A stretch of 64,000 bases of DNA from a virus (lineage: Duplodnaviria; Heunggongvirae; Uroviricota; Caudoviricetes). Both the position numbers and the translations under genes were made by a program. Position 1 is the first letter of the stretch. Each line of letters begins with the position of its first letter. The notes under the pieces are model-generated. The model was not told the origin of the DNA and made no database searches. It was given only the letters and a program-made list of their open reading frames with translations. Of the stretch, positions 28,187-37,000 are shown piece by piece. The stretch spans positions 64,001-128,000 of IMG/VR virus record IMGVR_UViG_3300012347_000377; one strand, given 5' to 3'.

Positions 28187-29128
28187 ATGCTCTCACAACG
28201 AGATAAACTAACAATTATTAGTATTTTGAATGACACATTAGGTGTTGGTTCATCCCTAAAAGGAGATGAGCAGGCTCATCATTGTCCATTTTGTCATCAC
28301 CATAAGAAAAAACTACAAGTCAATTTGGAAACTCAACAATGGCATTGTTGGGTATGTGATGCAAAAGGAAAACGAATACAAGGATTATTAAAGAAACTTC
28401 ATGTAGATTCTCATAAACTTAAAAAGGTATATGAAATCTATGGTGATGATTATGTAGTTTATTCAAATGATTCCGAAGAGGAGAAAATTGAATTACGTTT
28501 ACCAAATGAATTCAAATCTTTATTAGAAACTCCAAAGGGTATAAATCCTACATTCAGAAAAGTAAAATACTACGCAGATAATCGTGGGATTACTACTGAA
28601 GATATTATACGATATAATATTGGATATTGTGATTCTGGTTTATATAATGGTAGAATTATCATACCATCGTATGATTCCGATAATAAATTGAATTATTTTA
28701 TTGCACGTTCAGTATTTGAGGATGAACCATACAAATATAAAAATCCACCGGTTTCAAAGAATGTTATTATGTTTGAAAACCAAATAAATTGGAATGAACC
28801 AATTACAATTGTAGAAGGTGCGTTTGATGCAATGGCAGTTAAACGAAACGCTATTCCGATATTGGGTAAATTTATTCCAAAAAAATTGATGGATAGTATA
28901 TATAAAAAAGAGGTTAAACACATCAATATATTGTTAGATAAGGATGCACAACAACAAGCATTGAATTATGTAGTTCAGTTGGGTAATCAAGGTATTGAGG
29001 TTAGAAACATCATCCCATCCGATAAAGATGCGGGTGAAATGGGATTTAGTAGAGTGAATCAAATTCTTAAAGAATCTACTGAAACTGATTTTTCCGATGT
29101 TATAAAACAAAAATTATTTAATTTATGA
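28187..29128 (+). CDS. DNA primase (CHC2-type Zn finger + TOPRIM), gp61/DnaG-like
   Basis: CPFC...HCWVC, GRIIIP, KYKN, VEGAFD, LDKDA. Confidence 0.9.
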   Translation: MLSQRDKLTIISILNDTLGVGSSLKGDEQAHHCPFCHHHKKKLQVNLETQQWHCWVCDAKGKRIQGLLKKLHVDSHKLKKVYEIYGDDYVVYSNDSEEEKIELRLPNEFKSLLETPKGINPTFRKVKYYADNRGITTEDIIRYNIGYCDSGLYNGRIIIPSYDSDNKLNYFIARSVFEDEPYKYKNPPVSKNVIMFENQINWNEPITIVEGAFDAMAVKRNAIPILGKFIPKKLMDSIYKKEVKHINILLDKDAQQQALNYVVQLGNQGIEVRNIIPSDKDAGEMGFSRVNQILKESTETDFSDVIKQKLFNL

Positions 29129-30225
29129 TTCATATAATCCCACAACATATTGGTAAGGGTTCTTACGTTGCTTGGTATGATTTACTAAATTTCAATGAAT
29201 CTCATATTTTTCATAAATTTGATGATACGGAAAATATTGAAAGAAAGATATTAGGTGAACCACCTTATTTGAATAAGTTAATTCAGAAATTAGATGCAAT
29301 TAATCCACAGAGGGATGATATAGTTGTATTTGATTTTAAATACATTTTCAATCATAACTTAGAAGATTTTAACAAAAATATATTAGAATTATCTAAAAAA
29401 TACAATGATTGTAAATTTGTTTTATTTGAAGATGATCACACCTTACCTTATACCGATACTAAAATCTATACTATTTTTTCTAATAGATTTTTAAAAACTG
29501 AAAATGGATATAGTTCGAATTGTAATTATTACAGATTCCGTGCACCCCATCAAAGTTATTGGAAATCACTTGAATTTGTAGTTGATACATTTAAAGGAAA
29601 TATTCGTCAAAAGAAGATGAATATGATTATTGGTGTGGATAAAAAAGAGAGATTACAGACATTTAAATATGTATATAATATAGGATTAGATTCCGATTCG
29701 TGGTTAGGGTATAGTGCATTTGCATGCAATTATGATGATTCTGAAATAAGTGAAGGATTGCTTAAATTTAGAAATGAACACATTCCAACTATATTAGATA
29801 CTCCATATGAATTAAGTTTAGTTGGAAATGTAAATGTAGAAATTCCACCCTTGCCAATTACAATGACATCATACATCAGTTGTATTTTGGAAACATCAGT
29901 CTTAGTTGGTGATGAAATTCATTTAAGTGAAAAAGCATGGAATCCATTTATATCAAAGAATATACCATTAATATTAGGCAGTTCTTATGTAAATGAATAT
30001 CTAAAATCGATTGGATTTTGGTTGGCGGGTGATTTGTTTGATTTAACTCCAAAGTTTTCAACCGATGAAATATTACAACAATATCGAAGTAATTTAGATA
30101 TTATTAATAAAATGACATATGATGAAATACACTCATATTATATAAAACATAAAAATAACATTGATTCTAATTTTAATTTATTGGCAAATCAAAAATTTGA
30201 ATTTAATACAAACAATTATAAATAA
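29125..30225 (+). CDS. putative glycosyltransferase, GT10-like (paralog 1 of 4)
   Basis: ILETS...HLSEKAWNPF...PLILG. Confidence 0.45.
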   Translation: MIHIIPQHIGKGSYVAWYDLLNFNESHIFHKFDDTENIERKILGEPPYLNKLIQKLDAINPQRDDIVVFDFKYIFNHNLEDFNKNILELSKKYNDCKFVLFEDDHTLPYTDTKIYTIFSNRFLKTENGYSSNCNYYRFRAPHQSYWKSLEFVVDTFKGNIRQKKMNMIIGVDKKERLQTFKYVYNIGLDSDSWLGYSAFACNYDDSEISEGLLKFRNEHIPTILDTPYELSLVGNVNVEIPPLPITMTSYISCILETSVLVGDEIHLSEKAWNPFISKNIPLILGSSYVNEYLKSIGFWLAGDLFDLTPKFSTDEILQQYRSNLDIINKMTYDEIHSYYIKHKNNIDSNFNLLANQKFEFNTNNYK

Positions 30226-33200
30226 TGGTTATAAATAAGGTTTACCACTTAGCAGATTTACACATTCGAAATTTGCAAAGACACAAAGAATATCGTTCGA
30301 TATTTAAAAAGTTTTTAAAACAGGTTAAAGATGATGGTATTGAAGATTCTATCATTTATTTAGCAGGAGATATTGCTCACGCTAAAACCGAAATGAGTCC
30401 TGAATTAATTCAAGAAATCAGTTGGTTTTTAACGGAATGTTCTAAATTACGTGAAACAATACTTATAACAGGTAATCACGATTGTAATTTAAATAACTCA
30501 CACCGATTAGATGTTCTTACGCCCATTATTAATAATTTGGACAATCCTCGTATCCACTATCTTCGTGATACTGGTGTCTATAATATCCATAATCTTACTT
30601 TTGTCGTTTATTCCATACTTGATAAGAAGGAAAATTGGCCGAAGGGTGATGAGGTAGAAGGTGAACATAAAATCTGTTTATTTCACGGGCCGGTAAACAA
30701 AGCATTAACCGATATTGGATATGTAGTTTCATCTAATTCATTTACTGTCGATATGTTCGATGGGTTTGATATGGTTATGATGGGTGATATTCACAAACGT
30801 CAAACGTTTGGTAAAGGATATGAACACGTTGCATATGCAGGTTCAATGATTCAACAAAATCACGGAGAGATGTTAGAAGACCATGGCTATTTGTTATGGG
30901 ATATTCCAACTCGTACATTCACAGAACATCATATTCACAATGATTTTGGATTCTTAACCATTGATGTTATTAATGGTGTAATTCCACAATGGGTTTACGA
31001 TGAGGTTAATGTAAAATTACCAAAATATCCACGTTTACGATTAAGATTTACATCTACTGAAGCTTCGGATATGAAACTTCGTATTGCAGAATTGAAACAA
31101 TTATTTCATGTTGCAGAAGTAACGGTAACAAGAACAGATACAATCGGTCAATTAAAGACTAACAATAAATTAAATAAAAATATTGTTGGTAATGTAAAAG
31201 ATGAAACTTTTCAAAATTCTTTAATCAGAGATTACTTAGAAAGACAATATCTACTTACTGATTCCGAATTAGATAAAATCACAGATATTAATAAGGATTT
31301 AAATTCACGAATTAATCAAGATGATTTAGCCGAAAATATTTTATGGACACCAAAGACATTAGAATTCAGTAATATGTTTTCGTATGGTGAAGATAATTTA
31401 ATTAGATTTGATAAGGCACAGGGTATTATGGGAGTATTTGCTCCAAATGCTAGTGGTAAATCATCGTTATTTGATGCACTTGCATTTTGTATATTTGATA
31501 GATCATCGAGAACATCATCATCAAAGAATATTCTAAATAATCAAAAAGATAATTTCTATTGTAAATTTAATTTTGAAATTGATGGTGTTGATTATTTTAT
31601 TGAACGAACTGCTAAATGGACTCGTAAAGGAACTAACCTTTCGGTAAATGTAAACTTTTGGAAAGAAGATGCCGGTATTACTACATCTTTAAATGGAGAA
31701 CAACGTAGAGATACTAATAAAAATATTGAAAAATATTTAGGTAAATTTGAAGATTTCGTTTTAACATCCTTATCTTTACAAGGAAACAATGCGTTATTCA
31801 TTGATAAATCTCAATCAGAACGAAAAGAAATTCTTTCTCAATTTATTGGTGTAAACATCTTTGATAAAATTTATCAATTAGCAGCAGATGAAAACAGAGA
31901 TAATGCAACACTTATCCGAAAATTTAAATCAGATGATTTTACTTCAAAATTAGCTGAGATTGATACTAATTTAAAAACTACTCGTAATGAATATAAATTA
32001 ACTGAAATAGAGTTAAACGGATTGAAGGATGAAGAAGATTCTCATAATAAAGAACTTATCAGATTAAATGGTAAGATTGTAAAATTGAATGCAGATAGTG
32101 GTGTTTCAATTGATGAATTGGAAAGACGATTGGAAGTTTTAAAAGAAAAGGAAACTACAATACAATCCGATAAAAATTTATTACAAGAAAAAATCGGTAA
32201 ATTTGAAGAATTACAAATTCAATTAGATGAAATTATAGATGGATTTGATGAGGAATTGTTAGAAGAGAAAATTGAGTTATTAACATTTAGTAGAAAAGAA
32301 TTCAATACATCTAAACATGAATTAGAAAAATTAGATATTAAAATCAATTCATTAAGAGATAAGAAAGACCATTTAGAATCTCACAAATATAATCCAAATT
32401 GTGAAATTTGTATGGATAATTCTAAAACTATTTTGGAATCTAAAAAAGATGTAGAAGAACAATTATCAGATGTATTAGAACAATGGGGTGATGCTATTCG
32501 TATAAATGAAATCGCAGAAGAAAAGATAAATGAATGTCAAATATATGAAGTAGATTATAAAACTTTATTAGATACGAAAGATAAAGAAGGTAAAGTAGAA
32601 AAGGAATTATTTAATCTTAATAGTAAAGTATCTGCATTAGAAACTGATGAAGTTAGAATTGAAACACAAATTACGCAACAGATACATTTAATTGAAGAAT
32701 ATCATCAAAATGAAGAACAAATCAAACAAAATACAGAGATTCGTTCAGAAATAAAAGATGTTAGAGAAAAATTAGATGCAACTAAAAATAAACTAAAAGA
32801 TGTCAATGGTAGGGTATTATCTTTAAATGGTAGAATATCTGCATTAGAAAATCAAAAACAATCCATTGAAGCAAGAATTACCGAAGTTAAAGAAATGGAG
32901 GAGCAATCCAAATTATTTGACTATTATTTAAATGCATTAAGTAAGGATGGTGTTTCTTATGAATTGATTGAAAAGGCACTCCCAATGATTGAAGGTGAGG
33001 TGAACAACATCTTAGCACAAATTGTTGAGTTTGGAATGCAATTAGAGATGGATGGTAAAAACATCAATGCTTACCTTGTTTATGGTGATAATAAGTGGTC
33101 TTTGGAAATGTGTAGTGGTATGGAGAGATTTATCTCAGGACTTGCAATTAGAGTTGCTTTAATCAACATTTGTAATTTACCTCGTCCAAACTTCTTAGTA

Positions 33201-33383
33201 ATTGATGAAGGATTTGGAACATTAGATAGTGAGAATTTACAATCTTTATTTATGTTGTTTACATACTTAAAGACTCAATTCGATTTCGTAATGATTATAT
33301 CCCACATTGATTCAATGAGAGATGTAGTAGATGGATTACTTGAAATTAAAAAAGTAGATGGATTTAGTCATGTGAAGTTTTAA
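30225..33383 (+). CDS. Mre11-Rad50 (gp47-gp46, SbcD-SbcC) fusion nuclease-ATPase
   Basis: DLH, GDIAH, GNHD, HG, GDIH phosphoesterase motifs; Walker A PNASGKSS; CEIC hook; CSGMERF; IDEGFGTLD; ISH. Confidence 0.92.
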   Translation: MVINKVYHLADLHIRNLQRHKEYRSIFKKFLKQVKDDGIEDSIIYLAGDIAHAKTEMSPELIQEISWFLTECSKLRETILITGNHDCNLNNSHRLDVLTPIINNLDNPRIHYLRDTGVYNIHNLTFVVYSILDKKENWPKGDEVEGEHKICLFHGPVNKALTDIGYVVSSNSFTVDMFDGFDMVMMGDIHKRQTFGKGYEHVAYAGSMIQQNHGEMLEDHGYLLWDIPTRTFTEHHIHNDFGFLTIDVINGVIPQWVYDEVNVKLPKYPRLRLRFTSTEASDMKLRIAELKQLFHVAEVTVTRTDTIGQLKTNNKLNKNIVGNVKDETFQNSLIRDYLERQYLLTDSELDKITDINKDLNSRINQDDLAENILWTPKTLEFSNMFSYGEDNLIRFDKAQGIMGVFAPNASGKSSLFDALAFCIFDRSSRTSSSKNILNNQKDNFYCKFNFEIDGVDYFIERTAKWTRKGTNLSVNVNFWKEDAGITTSLNGEQRRDTNKNIEKYLGKFEDFVLTSLSLQGNNALFIDKSQSERKEILSQFIGVNIFDKIYQLAADENRDNATLIRKFKSDDFTSKLAEIDTNLKTTRNEYKLTEIELNGLKDEEDSHNKELIRLNGKIVKLNADSGVSIDELERRLEVLKEKETTIQSDKNLLQEKIGKFEELQIQLDEIIDGFDEELLEEKIELLTFSRKEFNTSKHELEKLDIKINSLRDKKDHLESHKYNPNCEICMDNSKTILESKKDVEEQLSDVLEQWGDAIRINEIAEEKINECQIYEVDYKTLLDTKDKEGKVEKELFNLNSKVSALETDEVRIETQITQQIHLIEEYHQNEEQIKQNTEIRSEIKDVREKLDATKNKLKDVNGRVLSLNGRISALENQKQSIEARITEVKEMEEQSKLFDYYLNALSKDGVSYELIEKALPMIEGEVNNILAQIVEFGMQLEMDGKNINAYLVYGDNKWSLEMCSGMERFISGLAIRVALINICNLPRPNFLVIDEGFGTLDSENLQSLFMLFTYLKTQFDFVMIISHIDSMRDVVDGLLEIKKVDGFSHVKF

Positions 33384-33855
33384 CATAGGGTGAATCCAAT
33401 TTAACATGATATATTCTAATACCAGTTCCAGTAGATGGGCTGGTATTATTGTTTAATATGTCATCAATTTTTTGCTGCTCTTCAATTCCCCATTTTGATT
33501 TTATTTCAACTCCTGCTTGTTTTGCTTTTTCTAATAATATTTTTTTTGTTTTATACAATCTACCTACACTACCATCCACATGAAACCCTTCATTTGGTAT
33601 GTGGTAATTCCTATTTAATGGATTATTTATATTTTCTTTTATTATATTTGATTCATACTCCATCAATTCATCTCTTGAATTAAAATCATCTTTTAGTATT
33701 TCCTTTATTAGATTTTCCTTATTTGGTTTCCATGTAACCATAGAACCCATATACGAATTATCATCAGTTGGATTACCATAACAACTTCTACTACCATAAT
33801 AAAACTCATTCGTAGTTTTATCGATTATTTTGTACGCGTAAAATGTTTTTTTCAT
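33364..33855 (-). CDS. GIY-YIG (Seg-like) homing endonuclease
   Basis: FYAYKIIDKTTNEFYYGSR, YMGS, E in helix, NRN. Confidence 0.75.
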   Translation of the reverse strand: MKKTFYAYKIIDKTTNEFYYGSRSCYGNPTDDNSYMGSMVTWKPNKENLIKEILKDDFNSRDELMEYESNIIKENINNPLNRNYHIPNEGFHVDGSVGRLYKTKKILLEKAKQAGVEIKSKWGIEEQQKIDDILNNNTSPSTGTGIRIYHVKLDSPYVKTSHD

Positions 33856-33994
33856 TTATTTGTTTTTTGCTTAAGTTCTCTTCAATCCAACGTTCAATTA
33901 CTTTACTCATTTTTTTATCATTGTTTTTACACCATTCTTTTAACAACGTATGAGTTTCCTCTGAAATTTGAAGCATTTTGTATTTTTTTACCAT
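33818..33994 (-). CDS. ribbon-helix-helix-like DNA-binding protein, 58 aa (not in ORF track)
   Basis: Manual translation MVKKYKMLQISEETHTLLKEWCKNNDKKMSKVIERWIEENLSKKQINEKNILRVQNNR; strand-helix-helix pattern; own promoter motif upstream. Confidence 0.65.
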   Translation of the reverse strand: MVKKYKMLQISEETHTLLKEWCKNNDKKMSKVIERWIEENLSKKQINEKNILRVQNNR

Positions 33995-34018
33995 CTTTAT
34001 TTTTCTTTAGTTTTCTAA

Positions 34019-34027
34019 TATAAATAT
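34019..34027 (-). promoter_or_regulatory. putative late promoter ATATTTATA on minus strand
   Basis: + strand TATAAATAT; 24 nt before minus-strand ATG at 33994. Confidence 0.65.
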
Positions 34028-34048
34028 TTAAAACAAATAAAAAACTAC

Positions 34049-34057
34049 ATATTTATA
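34049..34057 (+). promoter_or_regulatory. putative late promoter ATATTTATA
   Basis: 18 nt before ATG 34076, AGGAG in between. Confidence 0.7.
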
Positions 34058-34075
34058 TGAGTATAGGAGAAATTT

Positions 34076-37000
34076 ATGGCAATAATAAAATCATACTCAC
34101 CATTTTTGAATCTTTCAAATTATTCAACTTTTTTAGTTGATAATAACTCAACGTCTGAATATTTCAGAATTAGTGATTTGAAAGAAACCTTAACTGGTGG
34201 TAAAAACGGATTCTTAATTGAAGGTTCGGAGTATCTAAAAGAAACAACTGAAATTAAAATTGAAATTTTAGATGTAAATGGTAATCCCATTTATTTTGAA
34301 CCTGGTAATGGTATACCAGAATACTATGAAGGTTTATCTAAATTAATTGCAGTTCATGTGTATGAAGATACTCCAATTGGTATTGGAAAAATTACTATTT
34401 TAGGTGAATTAAAAACCTATGTTTCCCCAAATGGATTAGTATTACCAATTCCATCTGAATGGCAAGGAACTTACAACGTAAAGTGGGAAAGAACTTTTCA
34501 GATAAATAAAAATCTAAATAATGAAACTATTGTTAGATTTTATAAAAGACCAACAATTTCGATTGATGAATTGGTTAAACCTATTTTTTCTAAAACAATT
34601 CCAACTATAACACAAAGTGGTTCAGTTTCGGGTATTTCTGAAATTCCTACTGCAGGTAGTAATATAAATAATTGGGGTGCAGGAACGTTATATAAATTAA
34701 AAATTGAAGATAATTCAAATTGGACATCTTCAGTAGATGAAAATATAATTTCCATTCCATCATTAGGATATTCTGCAACGGTTAAGGAAGTTCTTAATAA
34801 TAAGGAAATTTTAGTAAATATTCCATATACAACTGGTAGTATTGTTTCTGATTTTCCACCTACACCCTATACCACATCATTTGAATACGTTGAAGGCCAA
34901 ATTGTGGGTGAATCTGCATTGACAGGTTCATTTGCTAAAATTAACATCCAACAATTAAAAACATTCGTAGGTGATGTTGCTAGAGTTAAGGTTTATCGTA
35001 AATCACGTAATGATGTCGGTGATTATCAATTTGTACAAGAATCTAAATTAGAGGCTTCTGAATTACTAAGAGATATAACATCAACATTGGATACTGATAT
35101 TTCGTATGGTAATTTTACTGATTCTAATTTATCAACTTATTGGGTAACGTCATCCAATGACCACCCTACTTCATTAAACGTTGATATACTTAATGCATCC
35201 GTAAAAGTTGATTATAATTCCGGTGTTGGTGGTGTTCAACAATTAATAACATCCGAATCATTTAACGTTTCGAAAGATGTTGAATATACTCTTTCATTCA
35301 AAACCTTATTAAGCGGGTCAATAGACGGGCAAAAAACCCTCAAAGCATATTTCAGTTCATCAGATTACCAACAAACGTTTTTAACGGTAAGCGGTTCAGA
35401 TATATACAAAACAAGACAATCTATTTCTCAAAACATATTAGCAACAAATACTTCAAATGCTAAATTGGTTTTAGAGTTTAGCGGAGATGATTGGTATGTA
35501 TCAAATGTTTCATTACAAAACGCACAAGAAACATCATTCTCACCTGATGAATTTACAATTGTGCAAGAAATTCCAAGAAACATTCCGGTTGAAACTTTTG
35601 ATTTTAGATTTGAATTTTATGATATAAATAATAACTACATTCCCGTAGTTGTCAATTCAACAAAAACATTCACAGGTGGTAATAATTTCTTAGCAAGCAC
35701 TAAATTTTTATCATTTGCATCAGATAGAACTGCATTCCGTTTTAGCACAGGTTCGTTTGCTAATCCTCCATATCAATCATTACACCTTTCTACACAACGA
35801 AATGGTTTAACTGGTTCAGTATTCTTTTATTCATCCGCATATGATATGTTGGGTAATTGGATTGATCCTGTAAATTATTCAGCATCAGGTACATTGGAAT
35901 ATGGTGTAAATTGGCCTAATCAAATCCAATATCCTGGTGGTATTACAAATCAAGGAGATGGCGGTGGATTATTACACATACATGATTTTAGTGGTTCATT
36001 GGATTATTCGGGTAGTGTAAATACTATTAGAGTTGGTTCAATCGTTTATACTGCATCATGCGAAGGTCTAAATGAATATGAAACTATCTATCGTTTTGAG
36101 GATGGTGATAATGCACCAAGTTTATTTGTAAATTCAAATACAAATCAATTTATTTATAAGGCAACGGATTTATCATTAAATCCAAGTGGTCAGAATATTA
36201 TAGTTCAAGCTAAAAGAAAAAATTTAGCATCAACAACTACTCCAATAACAATTAATTCGGGTAGTGGAAAGCCGGGATTAACTCACTTATCAGATGATCC
36301 AACTACGGGAGTTTCTACCTATCAATTAAGTGGAACATCGTATCCATATATTGCAGGGGAAACTACTTACGAATTCACAGGTTCAGATCAATTTGGAAAC
36401 AATTTTTCGGATATTGTAAAAATAACACCGGTAAAAATATTAGATGGCTTATCAGTATCACTTTCAAATGAAAACGCAACATTACCTGCATTATCGACTG
36501 GATTTGTGAGTAGTGGTTCATTTGGTTTGACAACTGGTTCGGTGAGTGTAAAAGTTGGTGGTGAAACAATTACTCATAGTAATGGATTAATTGTTAGTAA
36601 TTCATTTGATATAATCTCAGCAATTCCATCAAACGTTTTAACTGGTTCTTTAGATTATTCTACTGCAGATTATTATATAACAAGATTAGATTCCGATACT
36701 GGTTCTTTAGAATTAAATATTAGATATAAGGATGGGTATGGTGATACAACTGATGTTTCAAAAATTGTATCATATTCAAAAGCAAAGAAAACTCCACCAA
36801 TTATTTCGGTATTTGGAAATCCGCAATCACAAACAATTACATCGGGTTCATTAAGTGGAATTGGAACACCATTACCAATAAACGTTTCGGTTAAAGAAGG
36901 TTCATCTAATTACACCTATGGTAATGGAACAAATAAATTTACTATTAGTAATGTAAGTGCATATTTTTCACAATCTGGACAAACTGCAGATATTATTTAC

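Noticed and set aside
28187-33383. Inteins or group I introns in primase and Mre11-Rad50
   Set aside because: Lengths and motif spacing leave no room; no splicing motifs or interruptions
33856-34075. tRNA or other RNA gene in the larger spacers (also 43043-43205)
   Set aside because: No cloverleaf or T-loop motif; this gap is explained by the RHH ORF and divergent promoters
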